This document shows, in pieces, positions 1 to 12,754 of a DNA stretch of 64,000 nucleotides. The position numbers and the translations under genes were made by a program. Numbering within the stretch: position 1 is the stretch's first letter; every line of letters starts with the position of its first letter. The notes under the pieces were generated by a model. It was not told where the DNA came from. It worked only from the letters and a program-made list of their open reading frames with translations, and made no database searches. Source of the stretch: Octopus bimaculoides (taxonomy: Eukaryota); the NCBI RefSeq assembly GCF_001194135.2, contig NC_068985.1, positions 120,079,785-120,143,784 on the forward strand, given 5' to 3'.

Positions 1-224
1 TTAAAATTATTATGGTAGGTGTTCAGAGTTTCCAATTAGCATATATTCTGTTGGAAGTGATTCTGCATAGTATTAGAGTTATACTCATCAATAGTTCTCC
101 ATTCAGATAATTTAGTAAATAGAAATTACACCCACGTGGGTTTCTATCGTCTGCACTTTACATTCTGTTAGCGAGGCTTTTGCATGAAGTACTGAGTTAT
201 TTCTTCAATCCCCAATTTCTATTA

Positions 225-227
<3 letters not shown>

Positions 228-309
<82 letters not shown>
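228..309. repeat. (TG)n microsatellite, representative of dozens of (TG)n/(TA)n/(ATAC)n/(TC)n arrays in the window
   Basis: Direct reading of the dinucleotide array. Confidence 0.98.
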
Positions 310-313
<4 letters not shown>

Positions 314-482
314 CATGTGTGTATTTATACATGCAGTAGGGTCAGTCAAAAGCAGTTGGATAGTCTTTAATATATTTACTGCATGTATAGACGACTATAT
401 ATTGTCTGCATGTTAATACAGAGATGACTCGATAATTGATCTACAAACTTTATTACAAACTTTATTGATTAATGCGTAATTA

Positions 483-983
483 TAGGCGCATGAGTGGCTG
501 TGTGGTAAGTAGCATACTTACCAACCACATGGCCCCGGGTTCAGTCCCACAGCGTGGCACCTTGGGCAAGTGTATTCTACTATAGCCTCGGGCCGACCAA
601 AGCCTTGTGAGGATTTTGTTGACGGAAACTGGAAGAAGCTCGTCGTATATGTTTATATATNNNNNNNNNNNNNNNNNNNNNNNNNNNNNNNNNNNNNNNN
701 NNNNNNNNNNNNNNNNNNNNNNNNNNNNNNNNNNNNNNNNNGTGTGTGTGTGTGTGTGTGTGTGTGTGCATGTATATGTTTGTGTGTCTGTCTCCCCAAC
801 GTCGCTTGACAACTGATGCTGGTGAGTTTGCGTCCCCGTAACTTAGCGGTTCGGCAAACAGACCGATAGAATAAGTAATAGGCTTATAAATAATAAGCTC
901 TTGGGTTGATTTGCTCGACTCTAAATGCGGTGCTCCAGCATGGCCGCAGTCAAATGACTGAAACAAGTAGAAGAGTAAAAGAG
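483..983 (+). mobile_element. tRNA-derived SINE, family A, full length; internal microsatellite partly in a gap
   Basis: Head TAGGCGCATGAGTGGCTGTGTGG (A-box-like) ... GGTTCAGTCCC (B-box-like) ... CCTTGGGCAAG; then (TA)/gap/(TG); then tail ending CAGCATGGCCGCAGTCAAATGACTGAAACAAGTAGAAGAG. Homologous copies at 3709, 22735 and 46517. Confidence 0.9.
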
Positions 984-1949
984 TATACTGTCCATAAATT
1001 GAGATTTAACAGAAAATTCCGATGACAACTACTATTTCAACTCCTTTTTTAAAGCAACAAACATTGCTTATAATGCGATAATCAAATAACAGTGATAGAA
1101 GAGGTTGTCGAGTACCACTGCTGTTTCAAAAGCCCATTGGATGCGTCTTACGTAACATTACAAATGTCTTTTAGCTGCCCGATGTACGTTTTCATCATGA
1201 ACATGCGACTGTTTAGGCTGAAAATAGTCCGCCGTAATGCTGAATGTAAAATAAAACTGAGCTAGCAGTAAGAATTAAAAATGTGAGAGGGCAAATTGAA
1301 ATCGGTAAAGACGATCTACGTGCCCTATTCACCGATTACCTAAGCGATATAAATAGAAGTGTGGCTTCATTTCGGTGTCAGCATACCCAAATTATAAATT
1401 TCTAGCAAAAAGACACATTCGTTCTGTATCCATAATGTACTGCCAAGTATATTAAAGGTTTAGAAGTCAATATTGTGTCATATTGTAGTGGCTGCAGTGG
1501 ATTATAATCTCATTAAAATATATATGACGTAACTAATGGGCAGCCGGGGCGTCGGAGGCTAGTATTTTTATTGCTCAGGATAGATGAATATTAGTGATAA
1601 AAGCTTATATAGACGCATTAATTCATACACAGAAAAAAAAAAGAACATATACGTAAGTTTAAGGTTGATCGGTTTATAGAAAAACGAAGTAGGATTTAGC
1701 ATGTTACATGGCATTCAGAGGATTTGGAAAGTAACCGAAGTAATGAGTTATCTGTCAGGAGCGAAATGTGTGGGAAATATATAATCTCAGCCAAATCTCC
1801 ACATCGCCACGTAGGAGTAACATACAAGATTAATGTGGCATTCAGTGTTTGGTATAATGATTAATAAAATTAGTTGAAACGTCTACCAGGGCAGATCATA
1901 ATTACACTAAATAATGTTAAATAGAAAAGTACGGACACAAAGGCAAATT

Positions 1950-2550
1950 AAGGTGATTCTCCTTATGAAATTTTCAGTTACTATAAATAAATAGGATATG
2001 ATAGAAAGTATGGTTTGTAGCGGGGAAATGTCTTGTGTAATCTGTGTGTACATATACTAATAAGTTATCTAGCGAGCGGAAGTGAATTTTCTGAACAAGT
2101 TAACATTAAATATAAAGTAGGAGGAATTAATCAGAAATGCTAAATGTGAGTAAGGGTTTTATAAGAGAGGAAGGTATTTCGTAATTTATATTTACGCCTC
2201 ACCAGTTCAACAAATCTATTAATAATTTTGTCCTCACTGTACATAATCTGCAACCACTACTCTTTGGCAAAGTATACCAGAGGGCTACAAGATATACATA
2301 ATGTTACGTAAGATGCAACTGAAAAGCTTCTGAATCTGCTGTAGTACATTTGGTCTAGACCCTCCCACACTTTAGCTAGATGAATATCAACGGTGTGATT
2401 TCTAAACAGCCCTTAACTGGTAATAATTTCAGACGTCTTGAATGACCAACGTGAAATGAATTGCATTGCTGGAGAACACAACCTGTCTCCTAACCCAGAA
2501 ACCAATGTATGGCCGAATAAGCGTGAGACAGAGACCAGTTTTCTTGGGAA
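1950..2550 (-). mobile_element. Heavily decayed CR1/L2-group LINE 3' region
   Basis: Minus-strand peptides LTLIRPYIGF and NVLQQIQKLFSCIL...LCQRVVVA resemble the post-RT 'LIRPxLEY...L..IQ.RA...L.PL..RR.VA' region. Many stops. Confidence 0.3.
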
Positions 2551-2558
2551 GTTTACAT

Positions 2559-2615
<57 letters not shown>

Positions 2616-3708
2616 GTATATATGATTGCCATAATTATGAAATTTCTCTTTACACTGGACTTCGTTCAATGTCGAGCGAGTGATTAAACTTAATCTCAAT
2701 GTATAACTAGACACACATGGTATTATGAAACATAAATGATCTTTTCTACAATATGCATAATGCATGAAATTGGTGGGAGGGAGCTGATCGAATTCATCGA
2801 ACCCACAGTCCAACTGATACTCATTTTATGGACTTCGATGGCATATGATATCAGAAAGTAAAGCCGAAAAAATGATGCTCAGCATTTTGCCCGGCGTACT
2901 AACGGTTCTGCCAGTTCATTGTCATATCAAGTATATTATTTCTAAAACGCTAAAAGCTTTGAATGGAAATATTTTGCACTCACTCAACGTTTCCTAAGGG
3001 GTTTTTGCACATGTAGTTGAAACTTTTCTAAATCCTGGTTGTATTGAGTGCTTATTGGACAGTTTTGTTATCTTATTTATATATTATTCACTGGCTATAG
3101 ATTTATAGCTATACCGGAAGAGGACTTCGAAAATGATGTCAAGTGGATTGTTTTCTTTCATAATTTACCGAATATCATATTTAAGTTTTCTTTCTTTGTA
3201 AATGAGATCAAATTTTAACAAACATCTATTTGTTAATGTAAAATACTGCTGTATTTTTGTGCTTTCATACATCCCTTTATCAATATTATTTCTTTGACTG
3301 AAACAAATTTAAACAATTAGCTTTCTTTTTAGATTTGACAAATGTTTGATCTTGTGTTAAACAATTAAATATCTCTACTATATGTGGGACACCACACATG
3401 AGCCATTGGAAGGAGTATCGGTGCGATACCGGCGTGTTGGTGCCCAGACGTTTAATACCATGAAACTACTTCTCTGTGTTTGCACGAGTCATGATACAAC
3501 ACTACACGGGGGTGGCAAATATATATAAAAAACTAAGGGGGCAGAACATGGAGGACAACAACATAGCATTAGGACGGAAAATTTAAAGATAAAGGCACAT
3601 ATACATTCATAGACACAAACTGACAGACAGACAGGCAGACTCGCACACACACACACACACACACAATACAAATAAACATACAAACACACGTGTGTATATA
3701 CATACATA

Positions 3709-3896
3709 TTCTTTTATTATTTTGCTTGTTTCACTCCTTTGACTGCGGCCATGCTGGAGCACCGCCTTTAGTCAAGCAAATCGATCCCAGAGCTTATAGT
3801 AGAAGACTCTTACCCAAGGTGCCAATTAGTGGGACTGAACCCAGGACTATGTGGTTGGTAAGAAAGCTGCTTACCACACAGCAACTCCTGCGCCTA
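3709..3896 (-). mobile_element. SINE family A copy with internal deletion (head fused to tail end)
   Basis: Reverse-complement tail (GACTGCGGCCATGCTGGAGCACCGC) joins directly to reverse-complement head (AGTAGAAGACTCTTACCCAAGGTGCC...CCTGCGCCTA). Confidence 0.88.
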
Positions 3897-4407
3897 TATA
3901 TATNNNNNNNNNNNNNNNNNNNNNNNNNNNNNNNNNNNNNNNNNNNNNNNNNNNNNNNNNNNNNNNNNNNNNNNNNNNNNNNNNNNNNNNNNNNNNNNNN
4001 NNNNNNNNNNNNNNNNNNNNNNNNNNNNNNNNNNNNNNNNNNNNNNNNNNNNNNNNNNNNNNNNNNNNNNNNNNNNNNNNNNNNNNNNNNNNNNNNNNNN
4101 NNNNNNNNNNNNNNNNNNNNNNNNNNNNNNNNNNNNNNNNNNNNNNNNNNNNNNNNNNNNNNNNNNNNNNNNNNNNNNNNNNNNNNNNNNNNNNNNNNNN
4201 NNNNNNNNNNNNNNNNNNNNNNNNNNNNNNNNNNNNNNNNNNNNNNNNNNNNNNNNNNNNNNNNNNNNNNNNNNNNNNNNNNNNNNNNNNNNNNNNNNNN
4301 NNNNNNNNNNNNNNNNNNNNNNNNNNNNNNNNNNNNNNNNNNNNNNNNNNNNNNNNNNNNNNNNNNNNNNNNNNNNNNNNNNNNNNNNNNNNNNNNNNNN
4401 NNNNNNN

Positions 4408-4442
<35 letters not shown>

Positions 4443-4621
4443 TATATATATCTTATTTAAATAAGTGATATTTTATAGCAAAAAGTAATAAATATAATAG
4501 ACAAAGCAACAAAAATCTCATTTAATTTCAAAATACGATTTTGTATAATTTGAAAATACAATGAGTAACAAAGAAGTTAGATTCCAATTTAACTAAAAAT
4601 GACGATGTATATATACATATA

Positions 4622-5498
4622 TAAGAGGGGGTACCCTAAAGTATCCGGACACGTTCTCTGTGAGACAAGCCAGTTGTAGCCCGGTCTTCTGCCGCTAGAT
4701 GCCACTTTATGCAACCCTCAGGCATCAGTCTGCCGACCAGCATCGTCGTGTCACGTAGTATTGGCACGTCGTGCATTTCTATTTTACAGTGCTTCTTCCC
4801 TGTTTGTCGATATTTGCGAAGGCTGAAACGAAGGAACAGCGTGCTTCCATGAAATTCTGTTTACTGATGGAGAAAATGGCGGTCAAATCGGTTGTTATGC
4901 TTCAAACAGCCCACAAAGCAAAACACAAGTTTACTAGCGATTTCACGCTTTAGGAATGGTTACTTGTCGCTTGAAGACCACCTGCTTCAGGGCAGCCGTC
5001 GACTCCGCCCCGAATGAATGAAAACGTCAGTAAAATCCATGAACTTGTCTTGGAGGAACATAATTGAAAAATTGATAAATTTGTGATATGACTGCAGTGT
5101 CTTAGAGCCCCTGCCAACGAATTTTGGGCGAGGAATTGCGAGTGAAATGAGTTGTAGCAAAATTTATGTTTCATTTGCTCACGGAAGATCAAAAGCACTC
5201 ACAACTGAAAGAACAGTTTGGAGTTGATCCGGATCTTTATTCGAAGGTCGTCACTGGTGATGAAAGCAGGTGCTGCAGAATTTGCAGATGAGGAAATGGT
5301 GAAGCAAAAAGCGCCAGAGGCGTTAAAAGCATCGCTTCACAAGAGTTCCAGCACTGTTTCGAAAAGTGAGAAACGCGTCCGGGCCGATGCATTGCTTCAA
5401 ATGGAGAATATTTGAAACCGATAAAAGTGTAAACATATAAAACTAAGTGAATAAAATAACATCGCAAAATACCGGTTTCCTTTTGGTACCCTCTCGTA
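4622..5498 (+). mobile_element. Internally deleted mariner-like DNA transposon
   Basis: Imperfect TIRs TA|AGAGGGGGTACCCTAAAG ... CTTTTGGTACCCTCTCG|TA. Transposase relics EQRASMKFCLLMEK (N-terminal HTH) and DPDLYSKVVTGDES (first catalytic D). Most of the catalytic domain is missing. Confidence 0.8.
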
Positions 5499-6186
5499 TA
5501 TATATANNNNNNNNNNNNNNNNNNNNNNNNNNNNNNNNNNNNNNNNNNNNNNNNNNNNNNNNNNNNNNNNNNNNNNNNNNNNNNNNNNNNNNNNNNNNNN
5601 NNNNNNNNNNNNNNNNNNNNNNNNNNNNNNNNNNNNNNNNNNNNNNNNNNNNNNNNNNNNNNNNNNNNNNNNNNNNNNNNNNNNNNNNNNNNNNNNNNNN
5701 NNNNNNNNNNNNNNNNNNNNNNNNNNNNNNNNNNNNNNNNNNNNNNNNNNNNNNNNNNNNNNNNNNNNNNNNNNNNNNNNNNNNNNNNNNNNNNNNNNNN
5801 NNNNNNNNNNNNNNNNNNNNNNNNNNNNNNNNNNNNNNNNNNNNNNNNNNNNNNNNNNNNNNNNNNNNNNNNNNNNNNNNNNNNNNNNNNNNNNNNNNNN
5901 NNNNNNNNNNNNNNNNNNNNNNNNNNNNNNNNNNNNNNNNNNNNNNNNNNNNNNNNNNNNNNNNNNNNNNNNNNNNNNNNNNNNNNNNNNNNNNNNNNNN
6001 NNNNNNNNNNNNNNNNNNNNNNNNNNNNNNNNNNNNNNNNNNNNNNNNNNNNNNNNNNNNNNNNNNNNNNNNNNNNNNNNNNNNNNNNNNNNNNNNNNNN
6101 NNNNNNNNNNNNNNNNNNNNNNNNNNNNNNNNNNNNNNNNNNNNNNNNNNNNNNNNNNNNNNNNNNNNNNNNNNNNNNNNNNNNNN

Positions 6187-6237
<51 letters not shown>

Positions 6238-7302
6238 CATATATATATATACATTTTCCCTCTCACATTTACATGCATGCATGCTAACACACTCGCACAT
6301 ACGTAAGACCACCCATATATACCCTCAAAGAAATATAAATATAGGCTAAATTAAACGGCTGATAAAGATTTAAAAAGCAAATATATATGCATCCTTATAA
6401 GTAATCTACATAATACACGTACAATACATACATGTAGGATGGGGGAAAAAACAAGTTGTCTTTTAGCACTGAAGAAGAAGGAAGCCAAGGATGGATGTGA
6501 AGATTTTTTTTCGTTGTTTCCTGTAGTGTGAGGTACCCTGGTGTTAATACTACAGCTTCTTATGTTGAAATGTGTGTGTCATATATTCACATAGGAAAGA
6601 ACTTGAATTGGTTACTCAGTCTAGATTCTGTTTCAGCAACATATAATAGAAACATGGGCAACCTCTTTCGAGAAGCGGGCTTCACGAGATAGGGCTCATC
6701 GTCAGGCAGGCTGCACTACTAAAATAGCTGAAATGAAATTGTCGTTAGGCGTGCCATTGTGTAAGTTGCCGGTGACTGATATAGTGTCTGTGTTCAGATA
6801 TTTATGACGGTCGTCTGCCTTTCTCTATCTTCCTATCTTCCTATCTTTTGAAATATACGTATACGCGTGTGTACATGTGACTGCATGTGTTTGTAAGTGA
6901 ATGTGTATTGACAAAGAATAGCAGTTTGTAAATACAATATAATATGATGGAATGGCAAGCAAAGAGGAGAAAAGACGATGAAGAAAGAGTTTATTAAAGA
7001 GAATAGCAGGTTTTATGTACAACAACTTAAACCAGATCAAAAATGATGAAATTGACAGATAAAAATGGCATTTATGGTCCATAATGCCAACATAGGTCAG
7101 GTTTAAACTGACAGCACAAGTACAAAAGTACAAAGGAAAACGCATACTTACACACGCGCGCACACACACACACACACATACACACATATACACATATACA
7201 CACATATACATACGTACACACAGAAAGACACACACACACACACCTAAATATTTATACACACAAACAAATAAATGCATATATATACATACATTGACATACG
7301 CG

Positions 7303-7333
<31 letters not shown>

Positions 7334-8049
7334 TATGGACACATATACTTGTGTACAATATATAAATACATATATTCATGCGTATGCGTGTGTGTATATA
7401 TACATAGAAATAGAGAGGGAGAAACAGAAGGAGAGACAGACAGACAGTCAGACAGTCAAACAGACAATCAGACTGACAGAGAAGCAAAGAGATAGAGAGA
7501 GAAACAGTGAGAGACACACACATATCTATACATATATATGTTTATGCGTCGGCAGATGCACACATGTTTTGGTGCGCATGTGGGTTCGTATGTATGTGTG
7601 TGTTTGTGCGTGTGAGGTTGCTTGTGCGGATGTGTGTGACAGCATCTGTTTGCGGAGCTGCGTTTATTTGAGTATGTATATCTATATATGTGTTTAAAGC
7701 CCCCACCAGCAACTGCGCGTTGGTCTGTTTATTTCATGTGTTTTACATTCAGCACTTCACGTGAGAGATGAACGTCAGTTTGATGACCAACCGGAAACTG
7801 GTTATTTCGTTGTCAGTCAAAATGATTTGGCAAAAAACAACAAAAAAAAAAAAAGAAAATCTATTTGAAGTTATAACTCCATCATTATNNNNNNNNNNAC
7901 AGCATGACAAAGCATGTTTTTAGCATACACACATATATATTTAACGGCCAATATGATCACGAATCTGAAACCATTTGAATATTTTGGGGTACGACGTTGG
8001 AAATCACACACACACACACGCACTCGCACACGCACGCATACACACACAC

Positions 8050-8108
<59 letters not shown>

Positions 8109-8338
8109 TACACATATACATTGGAAATCCGGGATAGCACTCGAAGCCCAGGCTTCTGCTTGATTTGCCTATCCTGTGGAAGTATAATATCAAACGAAGG
8201 TCTTAATATGGTGTCGTTCTCTATTTATTTCAAGCATAAATGCATATATAACACATTCTACATATTTTCAATGCAATAATGCTGTTTATCCTTGTATGTT
8301 TCGGCACTGTTACGTAAATATGCATATATGAATGTGTG

Positions 8339-8377
<39 letters not shown>

Positions 8378-8895
8378 ACATGCATAGATCCACATATTCA
8401 TAAATAAGTAAATATATATNNNNNNNNNNNNNNNNNNNNNNNNNNNNNNNNNNNNNNNNNNNNNNNNNNNNNNNNNNNNNNNNNNNNNNNNNNNNNNNNN
8501 NNNNNNNNNNNNNNNNNNNNNNNNNNNNNNNNNNNNNNNNNNNNNNNNNNNNNNNNNNNNNNNNNNNNNNNNNNNNNNNNNNNNNNNNNNNNNNNNNNNN
8601 NNNNNNNNNNNNNNNNNNNNNNNNNNNNNNNNNNNNNNNNNNNNNNNNNNNNNNNNNNNNNNNNNNNNNNNNNNNNNNNNNNNNNNNNNNNNNNNNNNNN
8701 NNNNNNNNNNNNNNNNNNNNNNNNNNNNNNNNNNNNNNNNNNNNNNNNNNNNNNNNNNNNNNNNNNNNNNNNNNNNNNNNNNNNNNNNNNNNNNNNNNNN
8801 NNNNNNNNNAAAAAAAAAAAAAAAAGAAAATTAACACCAAATATACAGTGCGTGTGTTTTTATTGGCTAAACTGGCAATATGACCATCCCCAAGT

Positions 8896-8930
<35 letters not shown>

Positions 8931-9486
8931 CCTAATATTCAAACAGAGTGCAATGCGTTACTGCTTATCTAGATTGTTAGTCATATTAGAAGCAAATACT
9001 TACCCTCGTACTATAAATAGAAATAAGTTACGCTGACGGACAGAAGGAGAACTTTCGAAGCCGGTATTACCACATGAATAACATTCAGAAATCTCTGCTT
9101 CGCAGTGTTACGGAGCAGCGAGGCCAGTTGCAGATACATTCTACGGGCACGGACGCGCTGTCAAGCAGGTTTGTGTGAGATGCACGTAGAGCGACGAAAG
9201 CGTTCTACATGCAAATGTGCAGTGTCCTAGTATGTTGACTTGTTGTTGAGTTATCTGTAGGGCTTCTTGATTAGCCCCAGTTATAGTTTCTTCTGGATCA
9301 GAGGGACTATAATCTTTCATACCACATATTTGTATACTAGAGAGACATTTTGGCACAACACTGTTTTTTCCATTCTTTCTCCTCATCAATCATGTAAATA
9401 CCTATGCAAATTGCTGTTGTCTTCTTGTGATGTCCTTCTTTCCGTTTTACTTCCCAGAGTTCTTGTCTCGATTTTACTATCTCCTG

Positions 9487-10082
9487 TTAAATCTGTAAGA
9501 GCAGACTGCAACTTGTCGCCAAAGGTCTCATAGGGTCTCATTCCACGATACATTATACCCAAGTACCAACCTCAAAGTCTCCGCTGTCCAAAATAGAGTA
9601 ACTTTCTGAGTATGTTCTATCCTCATATCAATTCCAATTTCTCCGACATATTTCTCAAAACTGGGTGTTAGTGCTCCCAGTGCCCTTACAACTACTAGGA
9701 TGACAGTTACTCTCTTTGTCCACATTCGAGCGGTTTCGTCTTTTAGCAGCTTTTATTTTTCAGTCTTTTCCAGCTATTTGTCACCCACTCCTGCATCCCC
9801 AAGTATGGCTGCAGTCTTGTATTCTTTCTCCCTTTTATTAACTGCAACAATACCTGGTCCCCAAGTATGAAAAACTGAGTCACACTGGACTGTAAAGCCC
9901 CACAAGATTTTATACTCTTTATTCTCGGTGAAGCCTTCTGGATTTTACACGTACCATTGGTGTGTTCTTTCAAGAGTGTACTTCTCACACAATCTCCGGG
10001 GAACAAACTTAGCTATGTTATCATGCCTTTTGTATTCATTTTGCGCTAGTTCGCTACACTCTCTCACAATATTTTGTCATCA
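9487..10082 (-). mobile_element. 5'-truncated R4/Dong-like non-LTR retrotransposon (RLE-domain end)
   Basis: Frameshifted minus-strand peptides ECSELAQNEYKRHDNIAKF, PEGFTENKEYKILWGFTVQCD and MWTKRVTVILVVVRALGAL...QKVTLFWTAETLRLVLG. (TCA)n lies at the 5' junction. Confidence 0.85.
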
Positions 10083-10125
10083 TTTTCATTATCATCATCA
10101 TCATCATCATCATCATCATTTATAA

Positions 10126-10352
10126 ACAGGCGAGCTGGTAAAATTGTTAGTAAGCCGAGCAAAATGCTTAGCGGTATTTCGTCCGTCCTTACGTTCTGAG
10201 TTCATATTCCGCCGAGGTCGACTTTGCCTTTCATCTTTTCGGGGTCAATATATTAAGTATCAGTGGAATACTGGGGTTCGATATAATCGACTTAACCTCT
10301 CCTCACAAGTTTCAGGTTTTGTGCCTATAGCAGAAACGACTATTATTATTAT
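10126..10352 (+). mobile_element. tRNA-derived SINE, family B
   Basis: GGCGAGCTGG...GTTCTGAGTTCATATTCCGCCGAGGTCGACTTTGCCTTTCATC...TTGTGCC plus an (ATT)n tail. Many homologues in the window. Confidence 0.9.
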
Positions 10353-10489
10353 TTTTTTTTTATATGGAACGTTTTATGAAAAAAAAAATGGTATTAGAGC
10401 ATGTACACCTATAATCAAAGATATTCCAACTATTACTTCCAGTCTTTGGTTGAGGAGGAATAGCGTATGAACATAGGTTTTAAATGCCA

Positions 10490-10650
10490 GAAGGTGATTT
10501 ATGGTTGGTTTCCTTCTTCCTTTAATCCACTGCAACAATGTTTGGTCTCCAAGCATCAATAACTGTGTCACACTGGATTGTAAAATTGCACAAGATTTTA
10601 TACTCATTGATCTCGGTGACGCCTTCTGATTGCTTTTTCTAGTTAAGTCA
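10490..10650 (-). mobile_element. Short R4/Dong-like RLE fragment
   Basis: Minus-strand peptide EGVTEINEYKILCNFTIQCDTVIDAWRPNIVAV, homologous to 9780-9950. (TAC)n lies at 10679-10713. Confidence 0.75.
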
Positions 10651-10677
10651 AGTGACCACGTAGAGGCAATCTCATTG

Positions 10678-10714
<37 letters not shown>

Positions 10715-11489
10715 GAAATTGCATCAACACTACAGATACTAATGCTACAACATAAGAAAGAAACAAATACAAAGAAAGCTACACTGCTAAAGATGTCTAC
10801 ATGAAAGGCAAGATGCTTCCGACCCAGCGATATAAAACTAACCAACATAGGCTGTGCTAGTTTCTAATCTTACATCAAGTATAAGTGTTGTTGCAATATT
10901 ACTAAACTGTCTACATGATGTACCATCGCTTGTTGCTGCGCATTTATTAAGAAAACGAATATATTCTATTTAGCGTGCGTGAGTGTGCTTCGCAGAGCTG
11001 TTATTATATCAAATGAACGGTAAGATAAAGCACTCCATGGTGTGTTTATGATAGAGATCCTAGTGATTGTTCGAGTTTTAAGTCTCTGGCAGTTGCTTCC
11101 TGTGAGGTGATCAAAATTATCATAAATAACGAGTTATGGAGACGAAATCAAGTTTGGACACATTTCTTAGTAAGACTGCTCTTGCATTGGCTTTCTTATC
11201 CAACAACTAGATGAGTAAAAATAACTAAGTGGAAAGACATGATACCAGTGTAAGAACACGCTAAACCGATGGACAAATTATGTTCAAGTTTAATGTACGC
11301 TAAGCAATGTTTAAACTATGTCAAACTGGTCGCAATGAAAGACAAATTGTGTAATATGTTTACTGTAGTGTGAACATATTCACCACAAGACTACACTGGT
11401 CTTGTGGTCAATAAGTTCACTCTAAAACGACTAAGGTACAGGTTATGACACATAGTGCGGCATATGCGGCAAGGGTTTTACGTGTACCC

Positions 11490-11548
11490 ACGGACAGAAC
11501 AAAACTTTGTGAATAGATTTGGAAGTCGGAAACTGTAGAAACCCGTTA
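11490..11548 (+). mobile_element. Decayed SINE family A head fragment
   Basis: CTTTGTGAATAGATTTGGAAGTCGGAAACTGTAGAAACCCG matches the end of the family A head. Confidence 0.5.
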
Positions 11549-11574
11549 CTCCAGTTTGTATATATGCGCATGCG

Positions 11575-12026
11575 TTTGATTGTTCAGTATTATTTCAAGA
11601 TTTCTTGCCAATAGAGAAAGAGTCGGATTCTAACCGAGATCCAAGGTTCCTTCATTGGAATTTCAACATCAACAACAGAGTATTTTTATATGTATTTATG
11701 TATATATGTATGTATATGTGCAGATTTGTGTGTTTTGTTTAATGTATGTATTTTCATGCATATAATTGCATACGTAGACATGCTCATATACATTACAAAG
11801 ATAATGTAAAACTTCTGGAAAGTTTTACAGATTTTTACAGTTCCAGTGATGGATTGGATCTGTAGCCTTCGAATTAGATTTCTCTTTTCTGGTTTTGAGA
11901 AGCCTAATTTCTCAAGATTGGTATTTAGGCAATGTGTTACATATCCCCGGGTGCCAATAATTACGGGTATAAAGCTGAACTTGTAATCTGGATAGAGTAA
12001 CTGCAGATTTCTGAACAGTTCAGCGT
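11575..12026 (-). mobile_element. 3' end of a second RLE-type LINE family (ORF C-terminus plus 3' UTR)
   Basis: Minus-strand peptide HAELFRNLQLLYPDYKFSFIPVIIGTRGYVTHCLNTNLEKLGFSKPEKRNLIRRLQIQSITGTVKICKTFQKF has the 'P.IIG..G' RLE C-terminal pattern. Confidence 0.75.
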
Positions 12027-12754
12027 GTACATAATTTCTCTTCTCTATCTCAAATTTTTATATCAGGTCTATTGTGCTTATGTATGTATGTATGTATGTA
12101 TACATATGTATATTATATGTATATGTATATACACATATATACATATACATTATATACATATATGTTATATGTATACATATACAGTTGTATATATATGTAT
12201 ATGTATTATATACACATTTATGCATATGTATTTTATATATGCGTTTACATTTGTATATACATAAAGCTTTCACTTGCGTATCAATAACTATGGAAGACTG
12301 GTAGGAATATTATCTATATGGACTTAAAATATTGGTCGCTATTTAGTTATATGATTTACGAGTTAATTATAGTTTTACTAATTGAATTTATTTACCGATA
12401 CTGTTGTACATAGGGTAAATGTGTTTCTTTGTTGTAGTTTATTATTAATGTTAGTGATTATTCCTTCCTAAATTTGAGATTGAACGAATATGGTATATCC
12501 AAGGTATGTCTGTTTCCAAACAACACTCATTTTAGTGCTATTGAGACCGTCGGATTGAATGGTACTACCCAGGTGTCGAAATCATAATGATATCCGTGGG
12601 GTAGCTTATGATGGAGGTTTGTTGGAGTGTTGGTATGGCGCTTATTGTATGCGCAGAATAGTTTTATAATACATCCATTTGATATATACATATATGTAAT
12701 AGTAATTTGTAAGCTCTAAGCTTATCAAATATTATTATTGTTTACAGGAATGCA

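Noticed and set aside
7700-7830. GC-richer stop-free stretch (HVRDERQFDDQPETGYFVV)
   Set aside because: No convincing splice pair and no recognisable domain.
9141-9486. Coding-like sequence just downstream of the Dong-like stop and 3' UTR
   Set aside because: Could be a second retroelement fragment, but no frame gave a motif I could assign.
12300-12660. Minus-strand peptides FRHLGSTIQSDG and TYLGYTIF resembling the RT 'KYLG' motif
   Set aside because: Too short and stop-ridden to assign to a LINE clade by eye.
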